A stretch of DNA of 64,000 bases from Promethearchaeota archaeon (GCA_048939995.1 JBHLOY010000002.1:1-64000), one strand, 5' to 3'. Positions 49,587-60,838 are shown, counted from the stretch's first letter. Notes: a model not told the origin generated them from the sequence alone. Program-made: numbers and translations.

Positions 49587-51215
49587 TCACTTTTTTATTG
49601 TTTTAGCTTCCTCTTTAAATAACTTGTCTTTCTCTATTTTTCCATCAAGAGGAGTTCCCTTAAGAATTTTGGCAGTCTTGTCAATTTCCCCTGCGTAATT
49701 CCTTTTAAACGCTCCTTCGCGGCTGATAATCTTAACATCTGGATCTTTTTCATCTAATAATGCTTTTTTATGTTTACGTACTTTTCGAATTGGAATTGGG
49801 AATCTCCACACTTTTATATATGCTATTAACAATCCTGTTATGACAGTTGTGATCATCGCTGCAATTATAAATAAACCAGCATATAACCAAGGCTCTAAAA
49901 GATCTTCCGTAATAAGAATATACGAAATTGTAAGATATAAATCATCAATCGAAATGATAATTGTTTCACCTAACCCAAAAGAATCTGCTATGTAGACTTG
50001 AATTGCAGTTGATATATTTACATCCTTCAAAATTAATGCAGTAACATTAAATCCATCTAGTTTTGCATCTTGAAATGTATCGGAATAAGTATAAGATCTT
50101 AATTTAACAGCTTCAGAATGAGTATTATTATTAATTATGATTCTGATTTCTGAATTTGGAGAAGAGATTGTCCAATTTTGATCAATCTTATATTTAAATC
50201 TAAGATTTGCATCTAAAATTCTTGTATTATTACCAGTAATTGAATCTCCAATTTGATTAAAAGATATAGTTGTATATCGATCAACTTTTTTCTCATATGT
50301 GAAAGTTAAATTGAAATTTCTAATAATTAGAGAACTCCATCTATCAATATCTACATTATACTCATTATCTTCTGAATAGATATCTATCCCTAAAGTTATA
50401 GTAAAATTAAAATTATCAGAACTTAAGGCTGAGGTTAAATAAGCAATCAGTATATCTTCAGAAATAACATTCATAGGGCTATCTGGATAACTAGATACAA
50501 TTGGACTATCTTGACCCAAAGTAGTTGTCTGGTTTGAAGCCACTATAAAAGGATATGTATTATTTAAATCTGAAATAAGAACATAAAATGTTGCAAAATC
50601 ACCAATTCCAAATTGAGTATCTGTTGGAGGATTCTGACCTTCAGTATAATCACCATATACTTCTATTCCCCCACCATCATGATCTAAGGCTTGAACACTT
50701 GCATTAAAGTATGCAGAAAGAGATGCAGAGGTTATAATATGATCTGACATGTCAATTGGTAGAGTAATATTTCTTTTCCATTGAATACTAGGATTGTTTC
50801 TTGTCTGATCTATGCTTTCATGCCAAGTATGGGAAACATAACATCCTGATTGGTTAATGCCATAAGAATCTGGCAGAATAGGTAAATATGGATTCTGAAA
50901 TGATAACCAATTCCCACTATCCAGTGGTTCATCTATTTTGATTTCACCATAATCACCGAGAACAAGAAAGTCTGCTTTTCCATTATTTATTGAACCATTC
51001 ACATCGGAACTATCACCTAATTTGCCTTTATTCAGGTTCCAATGATCTGTAGTTGTAAATGATGGATTGTTAATCCAATTACGAGTTATTAATTGTTCAC
51101 GAGCGAATCCATTTACTAAATAAAAATTGAAACAAACCAAGCTAACACTAATCACTAAAAAGATTATTTTTTTATTCCTTAATCCTTCTTTTTTAATTGT
51201 CATTATATTTCTCAT
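49587..51215 (-). CDS. Membrane-anchored surface protein (paralog)
   Basis: Same unit architecture and motifs. Confidence 0.75.
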   Translation of the reverse strand: MRNIMTIKKEGLRNKKIIFLVISVSLVCFNFYLVNGFAREQLITRNWINNPSFTTTDHWNLNKGKLGDSSDVNGSINNGKADFLVLGDYGEIKIDEPLDSGNWLSFQNPYLPILPDSYGINQSGCYVSHTWHESIDQTRNNPSIQWKRNITLPIDMSDHIITSASLSAYFNASVQALDHDGGGIEVYGDYTEGQNPPTDTQFGIGDFATFYVLISDLNNTYPFIVASNQTTTLGQDSPIVSSYPDSPMNVISEDILIAYLTSALSSDNFNFTITLGIDIYSEDNEYNVDIDRWSSLIIRNFNLTFTYEKKVDRYTTISFNQIGDSITGNNTRILDANLRFKYKIDQNWTISSPNSEIRIIINNNTHSEAVKLRSYTYSDTFQDAKLDGFNVTALILKDVNISTAIQVYIADSFGLGETIIISIDDLYLTISYILITEDLLEPWLYAGLFIIAAMITTVITGLLIAYIKVWRFPIPIRKVRKHKKALLDEKDPDVKIISREGAFKRNYAGEIDKTAKILKGTPLDGKIEKDKLFKEEAKTIKK

Positions 51216-51247
51216 TCCTAATATTTCATTATATTTTTGATTGATTT

Positions 51248-52864
51248 TTATTTATCTTTAAGGTTAATAGCGCCTGGTTCTTGTTCTATTGATTTTACTT
51301 TTAAAAATTTATTTGTCTTATTTAATTCATTTTTATATTGAACTTTAAAACTTTCTTTTCTTTCAATAATTTGTACACTTGGTGGGTTTAAATCATCTAA
51401 ATTTTTATTATATTTCCTAACCTTTCTTACCGGAATTGGATATCTCAAGACTTTATAATATGCTATAAAGTAAGACCCTACTAACGATGCTGCGATAATA
51501 CTAATGATAAGTAAGATTCGAAAAACTTCAGGTTCTGAAAGAAAATCTTGAAAATACTCTATGTATGAGATTTCAAGAAAAACATTGTCAATTGAAATAT
51601 TGAGATCATGATCTAAAATGAATTCATCTGCAATATACAATTGAATGGACACACTAATATTTATATAAGGCTGTATAAGCTTTTCAATTTTAAATCCTCC
51701 AATCTTTGCTGTTTGAAAAATGCTAGTTGCTAAAGATAACTTAATAGCATCATCAAAATATTTATTATTTATAAGCATGCGAATTTCTGAATTGGGAGAA
51801 AGTGAGCTGACCCAACTTTCATTAATTTTATAATCAAAATTAAATATGGCATCAATAATTTGTACATTATTACCTTGGATCGAATTTCCAGTTTGAGACC
51901 ATGATACTGAGTTAAACTGATTAATTTTTTTTTCATATGTAAATGTAAGGTTAAAAGAATTTATTATCAAAGACCTCCACCTATCTTGATCCACCCCTAA
52001 TTCATTATCTTCGCAATAAATATCTATACCTAAAGTAATTGTAAAGTTATAATTATCTATTCCTAGAAATGATGTTAAAACACTCATTAAGACACTTTCA
52101 GGCACTATATTCATTGGTGTGTCATAATAAGTAGTTACGGTTGGAGTATCTCTACCTAGATCACTTGTTCTATTATACGCTACTTGAATTGGCTCTAAAT
52201 TTTCTTCTTGACCGGAAATTAGGACATAAAACTCAGCATAATCCCCAGAAGAGTAATCATCTAAGTTAGCATCACCTTCTCTATCTATTCCTCCACCATC
52301 ATGGTCTAAAGCCTGAACAGTAGCATTGAATATGACAGTAAGCGATGCGGAGGTAATTAAATAATCAGACATATTAACAGGCATAGTTATTAATCTTTTC
52401 CATTGCACACTTGGTCTATTTCGAGTTTGATTTATATTTTCATTCCAAAAATGCTGAACATAACCACCGGATTTATTAATAACATAGGTATCTGGTAAAA
52501 TTGGTAATTTTGGATTCTTATATGCTGTCCAATCAGACTCATTAAGCGGGTTATCAATTTTTATTTCACCTTTATCACCGAATACAAAATAATTAGAAAC
52601 ACCATTTTCGATGTTACCATCAAGATCGGTTATATCTCCCTCTTCTGTCTTGCTCCAGAAATCAGTTGAATTAAAATCAGCATTTTTTAGCCATTGAAGG
52701 GGACCATGAAATGTTGTACTAGAAAGATTAATTTTTTCGCTGATTTGTATACCTCTCGAATTTGACTGTTTATTGAAAAAAGGTATTAAAGAATTCACTA
52801 AGAGTAATAAAATAAAAATAAAAAGTATGAGCCTAATCCTTCTTTTAGTGAAAAATTTAGCCAT
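51248..52864 (-). CDS. Membrane-anchored surface protein (paralog)
   Basis: Same unit architecture and motifs. Confidence 0.75.
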   Translation of the reverse strand: MAKFFTKRRIRLILFIFILLLLVNSLIPFFNKQSNSRGIQISEKINLSSTTFHGPLQWLKNADFNSTDFWSKTEEGDITDLDGNIENGVSNYFVFGDKGEIKIDNPLNESDWTAYKNPKLPILPDTYVINKSGGYVQHFWNENINQTRNRPSVQWKRLITMPVNMSDYLITSASLTVIFNATVQALDHDGGGIDREGDANLDDYSSGDYAEFYVLISGQEENLEPIQVAYNRTSDLGRDTPTVTTYYDTPMNIVPESVLMSVLTSFLGIDNYNFTITLGIDIYCEDNELGVDQDRWRSLIINSFNLTFTYEKKINQFNSVSWSQTGNSIQGNNVQIIDAIFNFDYKINESWVSSLSPNSEIRMLINNKYFDDAIKLSLATSIFQTAKIGGFKIEKLIQPYINISVSIQLYIADEFILDHDLNISIDNVFLEISYIEYFQDFLSEPEVFRILLIISIIAASLVGSYFIAYYKVLRYPIPVRKVRKYNKNLDDLNPPSVQIIERKESFKVQYKNELNKTNKFLKVKSIEQEPGAINLKDK

Positions 52865-53180
52865 GAAAATTCACACTCAGAAAATTTAATATTTTAAATA
52901 TAAAACTCCATTTGGTTTAAATATTATCAAATAAACTAATTAAGTAATCTATGTATTTAATTTAATTCTCAAAATATTTATTTTGATTATAGGATATAAC
53001 ATATTTTTTTATTATTATAAATTATTTGCAACCTTTTTAGGTAAATCTTGACAAAACAATGAATTTTAAATATTCTTATAGGTTAAATTTAATTTAATAT
53101 ATTACTTAAGAAATTATTATAAGAATTATTAATATAAGAAAAATTTGAAAAAAATTAAAATCTAAGAGTGCGACATCAAG

Positions 53181-54437
53181 ATGATTCAAGGAATATTAAG
53201 TTTTAACTTTTTATTAAATCAAAATGAAACTACTGGCGAAATAGATCCTGAATTCAGTCCTATCCAATTGGTTTTCCAAAATGAACAGTTCAGTGAAAAT
53301 AATTATTCCGAATTGATTATTCAGAATGATATATTTGCTACTTTTTATCAGCACACAACAGGTATCTTTGGTACTAAATATGGTTTCAGTAATTTCTATG
53401 AAGGTAAATTAAAAGAAACACCTTATCAAGTAGTATCCTATTTTAAACAACTTCCAGATGGTACTCAATATCTCACGATTGCATTGTTCGAATTAGATGA
53501 CGAGATTGAACTTTTTGAAGATATTCTCAAAGATATGGCAAAACGTTTAGATATTATCTTTGAAAAATTGAATAAAGCAACTAATACTAGACAGCTTGAC
53601 CTAATCTCAAATGTAAATATTCGATTAATGAATGAATTGAAATATACAATCTTTCAGATCGAGCGTTTAAGTCAATTAGATAGATTACAAAAAGTTGCAC
53701 TAATCTATAATAGCAATGAAAGATTGAAAATTCTAGAAACTCTGAGGGATCGTCCAATATCAAAAGATGAGATGAAAAAAATAGTTGAAAAAATGAAGCC
53801 TACGGCGAATATTGACATTCTCCTACGCCCTTTCCTCGAATTAAATTTAGTCAGGCGTGACTGGATTAAAGGAACAAAAGATAAAAAGACAGGAGTAATT
53901 AAAAATCAAGGTGAATACCTATTTTTAGTAAAAGATATAATGTTTTCACGTATACCTAATGAAAATCTTTTAAAGCATTTTAAAGATACTAACAATGAAT
54001 TATTGGACCCTTATAAGCAAAAGGCAATAGACTATTTCGCAAATTATGATCCATACACTGAACCGGCTGAAGAAACCAAACGGCTAGCATCAATACTCTT
54101 AAATCCCGATATCTATGACTTTTTCATTCTACTCCGTAGTAACCATTACCCACTTGATAAAATTCCTAAAATCTTTAGCGAGTTTGCCGTGACGGAAATA
54201 TTACTAGATAATCTGAAAAAAATTAATGTAATCACTGAAATTAAAGACGAAAATAAGAGAAGCTGGATTTTACTTTTAACAGATATTAAGCCTCTAACCA
54301 TTTTCCCAGAATATTTACTTCCTAAAATTAGAGCTGCCTATAGACAAGAAGATGCAGATGGAAAAATAACCTATGAAGTAGCAAAAAAGGCCTTAGATTT
54401 ATTAGAAGTATCTTACCCTGAAAAAGTTGTATTCTAA
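53181..54437 (+). CDS. Hypothetical protein (possible longin-like N-terminus, winged-helix segments)
   Basis: Long ORF with typical codon usage; RLKILETLRDRPISK resembles a wHTH start. Confidence 0.65.
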   Translation: MIQGILSFNFLLNQNETTGEIDPEFSPIQLVFQNEQFSENNYSELIIQNDIFATFYQHTTGIFGTKYGFSNFYEGKLKETPYQVVSYFKQLPDGTQYLTIALFELDDEIELFEDILKDMAKRLDIIFEKLNKATNTRQLDLISNVNIRLMNELKYTIFQIERLSQLDRLQKVALIYNSNERLKILETLRDRPISKDEMKKIVEKMKPTANIDILLRPFLELNLVRRDWIKGTKDKKTGVIKNQGEYLFLVKDIMFSRIPNENLLKHFKDTNNELLDPYKQKAIDYFANYDPYTEPAEETKRLASILLNPDIYDFFILLRSNHYPLDKIPKIFSEFAVTEILLDNLKKINVITEIKDENKRSWILLLTDIKPLTIFPEYLLPKIRAAYRQEDADGKITYEVAKKALDLLEVSYPEKVVF

Positions 54438-54463
54438 ATAAAAAAAAGAGATGATAAGTAAAA

Positions 54464-56644
54464 ATGTATTTATTTAAAGATAAAGATCAAGTTGAGATTC
54501 CTTATTCTTGTAAAGTATGTCTAAAAGAAATTAAATTTAAGGTTACAGTAGATGAGTATAAAGCAGTGACAAAATTCCCTATCAAAAAAGAAAGCTTGCA
54601 TGGTGATCCTCAACATAAGTTAGTCGTCTTTCTAAATCAATACTTAGAAGTAGAAAATTTTGAAATTAAGGATGTTTTGAAGAGAGAAGAAGTATCTTAT
54701 TCTCAAGATCTGATTAGACAGGTGCTAGGTGAACTCGGTTTAAATGATGAAGAAATTGAGTTATATTTCAGAACAACTGGAAGAGAGGCGGTATCTATCG
54801 GCGAAATGGCGCTTTTAATTAATAAACCAAAAGAGTTATGTGAAGGAATTGCAATTAAATTTGTAGAAAAGGGACTATTCAAGGAAATTGTTGGAGCAAA
54901 ACCTCATTACACCGCGTTACCTCCTTATGCAGCCTTAATCGGACAATTGAGAAAGTTCCATAAATATATTTCAGACATCAAGTCTAGCATACCATCTCAA
55001 TTAAATAAATCATTTACAACAATCGAAACCACTCCCAGTAAAGTAGTTCCTGCAAATTCTACAAAGTTGATGAAAGAACTTAAGGATACTATGCTTTCAC
55101 AGATTCGTTCTCAGAAAAAAGAGTTTGATGAGACAATGGCAGTGATGGATCAAATTCGAGGAATAACTGAAGATATCTCAAAACTTGAAGGAGCAACTAC
55201 AACGGCTGCTTCAGATCAGTTAGGAGACGTCTCGACAAAGTTTGAAGAGATTAATAAGAAAACCAACCAAATCATCAAAGGGCAATTGTCAGATTTAAAA
55301 AATGAGTTTGATAACATTAAATCGACTGTCTCTTCGAATATACAAAAACTAAGATTGGGTGTAATCCAACAAACCATTGATCAAGTTCTAGAAAAAATAA
55401 TAGATTCTAGATTAAAAGAAATTACTGATGCTGTAAATGTACAGCTAAGTGTAAGCCAGATGGCTTTTTCAGATGAATTAAAAAAGGTTTCAACTGGTAT
55501 CGATCCCGAAATTATCAATAAATTAAAAGATTCATTGCAGAGTACGATAAAAAATATTGATGGGCTCGCATCAAAAGTAGAAGAGGACAAAGAAAAAATT
55601 TATTCAGATATAGCTGAAAATTTCAACAAGGCAGTACAAGCAGCTGAAGAAAAAATAGAAGGAATTTCAGGGGGCGTTTTAGAATCTTTCGGTGATATGA
55701 GAGATGTATTTTCCAATCAGATTGTCTCCACATTAAACAGTACTTTAGATGACATATTACAGAGATTAGAAGTATCTGAACGTGTGACAAGCGAATTCTG
55801 GGAACAGGCAAAAAAAGGGACTGGTTTCACAATGAAAGATATTTGGTTTATAAGATCGCCTGAAAGTGCTAAATCTCATATTAATGATGAAATTTCAAAA
55901 GCAAAAATGCGAGTGTTAATAGTAGCACCACAATTGGATGATATTGACGTAGAGGCAATTAAAAATCGTCCTTCACACATTAATTTTAGAATAGCCACAA
56001 GTATTGACTTATCGAATCCCACTCATAATTCTATTATTGATCAATTTGATAAAATGGATAATGTTGACTATAGACATAGGGCACTGCAAAATCTTTGGGG
56101 CATAAATAAAGACTATGAGGAAGTTGTAGTGTGTGTGCTTAATAAAACAGAGATAAGGGGAGAAACTGTCATAGAAATCGCAGGAATAGGAAGTATTATT
56201 GAAGAACACATTAAAATATTCGTCCCAATACTTGAAGATGCTTGGATGTCATCAAGGAAAGAAATTGTTCATGCTGTGAAGAAAGAAATTTTAGAAAAAC
56301 CATCTGTTCCTCCTAAAGCTGAGAAAGTTGAACCAATAGTGCAAAAACCAAAAATCCTAGAAGAACCTCAAAAAGAAGTTCCAATTACAGGAGCAAAATC
56401 ACTATTATCAAAACAATTCGACCTAATTAGGGATGGCCTTGAAACCATGACGGGTTTGGAGCTCTCTAAAGCTTTAGAAAAATTCCAAACAGAATACATA
56501 AATAAAGAAGGGTATAATAGTGTGTTGAAGAACATTAACAATACAAGCAATGATATTCGTGGAAAAACATATGTCTTAAGCCAGTCTGAAAAAGATGATT
56601 TGAAAATGAAAATGCAATTTTGGAAGCAAAAATTAAACCTATAA
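54464..56644 (+). CDS. TrmB-like wHTH + long coiled coil + PLD-like/TrmB effector domain protein
   Basis: LGELGLNDEEIELY...KGL...HYTALPP (TrmB-like); heptad-rich middle; HINDEISKAKMRVLIVAP; N-terminal CxxC..H..H. Confidence 0.6.
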   Translation: MYLFKDKDQVEIPYSCKVCLKEIKFKVTVDEYKAVTKFPIKKESLHGDPQHKLVVFLNQYLEVENFEIKDVLKREEVSYSQDLIRQVLGELGLNDEEIELYFRTTGREAVSIGEMALLINKPKELCEGIAIKFVEKGLFKEIVGAKPHYTALPPYAALIGQLRKFHKYISDIKSSIPSQLNKSFTTIETTPSKVVPANSTKLMKELKDTMLSQIRSQKKEFDETMAVMDQIRGITEDISKLEGATTTAASDQLGDVSTKFEEINKKTNQIIKGQLSDLKNEFDNIKSTVSSNIQKLRLGVIQQTIDQVLEKIIDSRLKEITDAVNVQLSVSQMAFSDELKKVSTGIDPEIINKLKDSLQSTIKNIDGLASKVEEDKEKIYSDIAENFNKAVQAAEEKIEGISGGVLESFGDMRDVFSNQIVSTLNSTLDDILQRLEVSERVTSEFWEQAKKGTGFTMKDIWFIRSPESAKSHINDEISKAKMRVLIVAPQLDDIDVEAIKNRPSHINFRIATSIDLSNPTHNSIIDQFDKMDNVDYRHRALQNLWGINKDYEEVVVCVLNKTEIRGETVIEIAGIGSIIEEHIKIFVPILEDAWMSSRKEIVHAVKKEILEKPSVPPKAEKVEPIVQKPKILEEPQKEVPITGAKSLLSKQFDLIRDGLETMTGLELSKALEKFQTEYINKEGYNSVLKNINNTSNDIRGKTYVLSQSEKDDLKMKMQFWKQKLNL

Positions 56645-56731
56645 AAACTTTATTTTTTAAAAGTCAAAATTTATTCTTTTAAATTGGTATGAAATAAGAT
56701 AATTCAAATTTGATATTTTATTTTCTTTTTT

Positions 56732-57763
56732 ATGGAACAAGATTTAATTACGGTTAATTCTGGGAAAATAAATGGATACCTTCATCATATTGACCTAAGA
56801 TCATATGGGAAACCAAAAATGTTATCCGCTTATATTGCGGAATTTGATAATGATAATATTCTCTTAGATTGTGGAAGTTCAATCGACGCTAAAAAACTTA
56901 TAACTTATATAAAAAAGAATGAAATCCCTCCCAGTTCTTTCAAGTATCTTATAACATCGCATCATCATTTCGATCATGCAGGAGGCATGTATTTAGTTTA
57001 CAATTTCTTGAAGAAGCATAATCCGGAGGTTAAAGTCTTAACTAATCAGAAAACAATGAAATTACTTAATGATTACCCACATCATCTTAATCGTGCGAGA
57101 AGGACGTATGGTGATTTTGTTGGAAAAATGGAAAAAATTGAAGAATCTGCTTTTGAAATTATAAAACCTAGCATAAATTTCGATAATAACACAGATAAGC
57201 TTGAAATTATTGATAATTTCTATGTAAATGGAGATAAAATCAAATTAGGTATACTCAAAACATCGGGCCATGCACCAGATCATCAATCTGCTTTTTTTCT
57301 AAAGAATAATGAAATAGATTTCATCTTTTTTGGCGAAGCGGTAGGTACTATTTATCATTCATCAAAATTATGTACAATGCCTGTCTCAATGCCCATATAT
57401 TACAATCATAGAGAATACATGAAAACACTTGAAAATTTAAAGAAATTAAACCCAAAAAGAGCGGGTTTTGGACATTTTGGTATTGTAAATGGTCAAAAAA
57501 ATGTTCAGAAAATACTGTTGGAACATGAAACATTTATGAATTTATTCGAAACAAAAATAAGAGAGTATTATGAGCAAAAAGATGAAACACGTTATATTGT
57601 AAATAAAATTGTGCCATTATTTTCCTCAAGAACTGATTTAAATCTAGAAAAGGATTCTGTTTTTACAGGAATGGCTCTTGCACTTGTTTATGGAATGATG
57701 ATATCATTAGGATATCGTCCAATCCCAGAAGAAGATTTTAGATTTTATAAACTATATTCTTAA
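56732..57763 (+). CDS. MBL-fold metallo-hydrolase
   Basis: SHHHFDHAGG, GHAPDH, FGHFG. Confidence 0.85.
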   Translation: MEQDLITVNSGKINGYLHHIDLRSYGKPKMLSAYIAEFDNDNILLDCGSSIDAKKLITYIKKNEIPPSSFKYLITSHHHFDHAGGMYLVYNFLKKHNPEVKVLTNQKTMKLLNDYPHHLNRARRTYGDFVGKMEKIEESAFEIIKPSINFDNNTDKLEIIDNFYVNGDKIKLGILKTSGHAPDHQSAFFLKNNEIDFIFFGEAVGTIYHSSKLCTMPVSMPIYYNHREYMKTLENLKKLNPKRAGFGHFGIVNGQKNVQKILLEHETFMNLFETKIREYYEQKDETRYIVNKIVPLFSSRTDLNLEKDSVFTGMALALVYGMMISLGYRPIPEEDFRFYKLYS

Positions 57764-57809
57764 ATTCTTATCATAAAATTCTAATTTCTTGCTGATATAC
57801 TATTTGTTA

Positions 57810-59012
57810 ATGAATAACAAATTTGAAGATTTTGATGTCTGTATTGTAGGTGGGAGTATTGCTGGTAATTATTTGTGTTATTTGTTAGCTAAAACGGCTT
57901 TAAGAATTTCTGTTATTGAGGAACATTCAGATATTGGATTGCCTTTTCAATGTGCTGGAATAGTGTCTCAAAAATTAGCAAAGCTTATTGAATTACCGAA
58001 AGAAATAATATTAAATCGCGTTACAAATGCAAAATTAGTAGCTCCGCAAGGGAAATATATCAAACTCTCGGGCAAAGAGCAACCTTTTATTATAGATCGT
58101 GTGGCTTTAGACCGATTATTTTATAATAAGATCAAAAATAAATCTAATATTACGTACTTTTTAGGAGAAAAATACAAATGCTTCGAATATAGAAAAGAGC
58201 AAGGTATTAACATTGTTTTAATCACTACTAATAAGCGGATAATTAAAACTAGAATGTTGATAGGATGTGATGGTCCATTAACTCGCATAGGAAGGCAATT
58301 GGATGTCAAAAAAAAATTATTATTTGCTACTCAAATCCGTGTCAATGGAAATTTTAATGAGAAAGATGCAGTTATGTATTTTAGTCCAAAGTGGAGAGAG
58401 CTTTTTGGATGGATTGTCCCTGAAGGAAGTAATATATATCGAATAGGACTTGCCACTTCTTCAAATTTAAAAGTAAAATTTATGAACTTTTTAGAGCAAT
58501 TAGGTATAGAATATGAGCATAAAATTGATCAACAAGGCGGAATCATCCCATTTGGCCTAAATAGAAAATTATCCTTCAATAATGTTTTATTACTTGGAGA
58601 TGCAGCGGGACAGGTTAAAGCAACTACAGGAGGAGGGATAATTATGCTTTTAAAAGCCGCAAAAATCGCATCTAACTGCATTAGATTATGCTTTAAACAA
58701 AATAAATTTTCAAAAAGATTTATTAAGAAATATTATGAGCTACCTTGTAAAACTTCAATAGGTAAAGAATTAAAAATTCATTATCTAATTCGTATTATTT
58801 TGATGAAATTTACTAATAGAGATTTCGAAGTCTTTTTCAAGATAATTAAACAGCATCATATAGAACATATAATTTCATTGTATGGAGATATGGATTTCCC
58901 AAAAAGTTTGGTTTTCAAGTTGCTTAGAAATCCAATTATCCTACGATTTTTATTTCAATTTTTAATTAGGAACCTTTTAATCATTTTATTTTCTCTTAAA
59001 TTACTAATGTGA
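57810..59012 (+). CDS. Geranylgeranyl reductase-family FAD oxidoreductase
   Basis: IVGGSIAG, PFQCAG, IGCDG, FGWIVP, GDAAGQVKATTGGGI; start placed at ATG 57810. Confidence 0.85.
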   Translation: MNNKFEDFDVCIVGGSIAGNYLCYLLAKTALRISVIEEHSDIGLPFQCAGIVSQKLAKLIELPKEIILNRVTNAKLVAPQGKYIKLSGKEQPFIIDRVALDRLFYNKIKNKSNITYFLGEKYKCFEYRKEQGINIVLITTNKRIIKTRMLIGCDGPLTRIGRQLDVKKKLLFATQIRVNGNFNEKDAVMYFSPKWRELFGWIVPEGSNIYRIGLATSSNLKVKFMNFLEQLGIEYEHKIDQQGGIIPFGLNRKLSFNNVLLLGDAAGQVKATTGGGIIMLLKAAKIASNCIRLCFKQNKFSKRFIKKYYELPCKTSIGKELKIHYLIRIILMKFTNRDFEVFFKIIKQHHIEHIISLYGDMDFPKSLVFKLLRNPIILRFLFQFLIRNLLIILFSLKLLM

Positions 59013-59132
59013 TAATCTCTTAAGCTTTCCTTATTCTAATTATAAAAACGTAAATCTTTTATTAAACAAACTAAAGTATATACTAAAAAGATTTAACTAT
59101 TCTTTTCACTTTTTTTACAACTGTGTGAAATT

Positions 59133-60314
59133 ATGGACTGTAGAGAAAGAGTTCTCACGACTTTAAATTTAGAAGAACCAGATAGAGTGCCGTGTCATAC
59201 AATCTTAATTGATGCTAATAATGTTGATAAAATACTTGGTAAACCTCAAATTGATGATTTTGAAACTCTCGAGAAAGTAAAACAAAACAATCCTAATGGT
59301 TGGATTGAAGAGATGACTAACTTAATTGAAGGAATTGAAATCTCTGTTTTTTCTCGATGTGTAGAAGCTGCTGCTGCCATTGGTTTAGATGTTATGCAAG
59401 TAGGAATTATCCCTTTTTATGCTCTCGACGAACAAAAAAACGATAAATTTCTATTAGGAGATGTCTTTGGAAGGGTATGGGAAGTATTAAATAATGAGGG
59501 AAATTTTAATCCCTATTACACATATGGCACTGTTAATAGCAAAGAAAAATGGAAACTTGTCAAGGATAATTTAGAAGGACTTGCTCTTGATAAATATAAA
59601 AAAATAGCTAAAAAATTCTTCAAACGGATTAATAAAAAACATAGAGATAAAATTTTCGTAATAGTTACCAATGATTACCTTGGAACATTCGAATCAGCTT
59701 CACAAGGATTAGGATGGCCATTCTACGCTAGAATGGTAGGAAAAGATCCGCGATTCATTCAAGAAGTACATTCTACTATTGCTCAATTCACAGCAGAACT
59801 ATATAAGAGTTATATGGAAGCTGGTGCAGAAGTATTTGTTGAATCGGGAGATCTAGCATACAAAACGGGTCCAATGATGAGTCCGAAAAAGTTCACAGAA
59901 TTACTTTTACCTGCATACAAAATCATAACTGATGCTGTTCATGAAAGAGGTGGAAAAATAGTCCTCCACACTGATGGACACATAACTCCATTATTAGACT
60001 TTATTGTGAATTGTGGATTTGATGGGCTTCATTCTCTTGAACCCACAGCAAGAGTTGATTTAGCTCTAGTGAAGAAAAAAGTGGGTGATAAATTATGTCT
60101 TATGGGTAATATTGATATTGCTCATATCTTAACATATGGAAGTAAAGAAGAAGTTTTCAATGCTGTTAAATCTGCAATAAAAACAGCTGGTCAGGGTGGA
60201 GGTTTTATTGTAAGTGCGGCAAATATGCATCCAGGAGTAAATGTTCAAAATTTACGTTGGATGGTTGAAGCAACGAAGGAATTTGGTGAATACCCTCTTT
60301 CATTAATAGAATAG
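59133..60314 (+). CDS. Uroporphyrinogen decarboxylase / MtaA-CmuA family protein
   Basis: RERVL..L..EEPDRVP, GDLAYKTGPMMSP, LHTDG, GNID, GGGFI. Confidence 0.85.
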   Translation: MDCRERVLTTLNLEEPDRVPCHTILIDANNVDKILGKPQIDDFETLEKVKQNNPNGWIEEMTNLIEGIEISVFSRCVEAAAAIGLDVMQVGIIPFYALDEQKNDKFLLGDVFGRVWEVLNNEGNFNPYYTYGTVNSKEKWKLVKDNLEGLALDKYKKIAKKFFKRINKKHRDKIFVIVTNDYLGTFESASQGLGWPFYARMVGKDPRFIQEVHSTIAQFTAELYKSYMEAGAEVFVESGDLAYKTGPMMSPKKFTELLLPAYKIITDAVHERGGKIVLHTDGHITPLLDFIVNCGFDGLHSLEPTARVDLALVKKKVGDKLCLMGNIDIAHILTYGSKEEVFNAVKSAIKTAGQGGGFIVSAANMHPGVNVQNLRWMVEATKEFGEYPLSLIE

Positions 60315-60335
60315 ATACTTAGAAATATAATATTT

Positions 60336-60716
60336 CTATAAAGGAGAAACCATTGAGAAAAAGGCGATTTCTTGGAAGATTATATACCAGATCACCATAA
60401 AAGCAATTATTATTATTGATGATATAAGTCCAAAGCCTTTTACTCCCCTAGGAATTCCTAAATCTTCACTCTTTCTTTGAACAATTGCCCTAATCATTGC
60501 CACGAGATAAATTAACGTAACTACTAACGATATTATCCATAAAAATAACAAAAACAATGGAATTGTGTAAACTGGTGTTCCAGATGGTGTTCCATCCAGC
60601 GTGAATGAATTTAACCATTGCCAGTATTCAACCATCAAATATGTAGGTATTGAGCCATAAATCCCGGCAGTTAACAGAAATATGAAACTCCAAAGGAACC
60701 CTTTAGCTGAGGACAT
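60336..60716 (-). CDS. Small membrane protein (3 TM)
   Basis: Hydrophobic segments. Confidence 0.65.
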   Translation of the reverse strand: MSSAKGFLWSFIFLLTAGIYGSIPTYLMVEYWQWLNSFTLDGTPSGTPVYTIPLFLLFLWIISLVVTLIYLVAMIRAIVQRKSEDLGIPRGVKGFGLISSIIIIAFMVIWYIIFQEIAFFSMVSPL

Positions 60717-60838
60717 AATATATAACTTGAATTTATCTATATTTTATTTAATATATTCACCATTATATATAAGATTTTAATCTCTAATTTTTATTAAATT
60801 TTAAAGACTAAAATAAAAAAAAAATATTTTGATAGGTT

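Noticed and set aside
60573-60594. Short tandem duplication TGGTGTTCCA in the small membrane gene
   Set aside because: In-frame 12-nt duplication (GTPSGTP) with no stop and no BHB; ordinary slippage.
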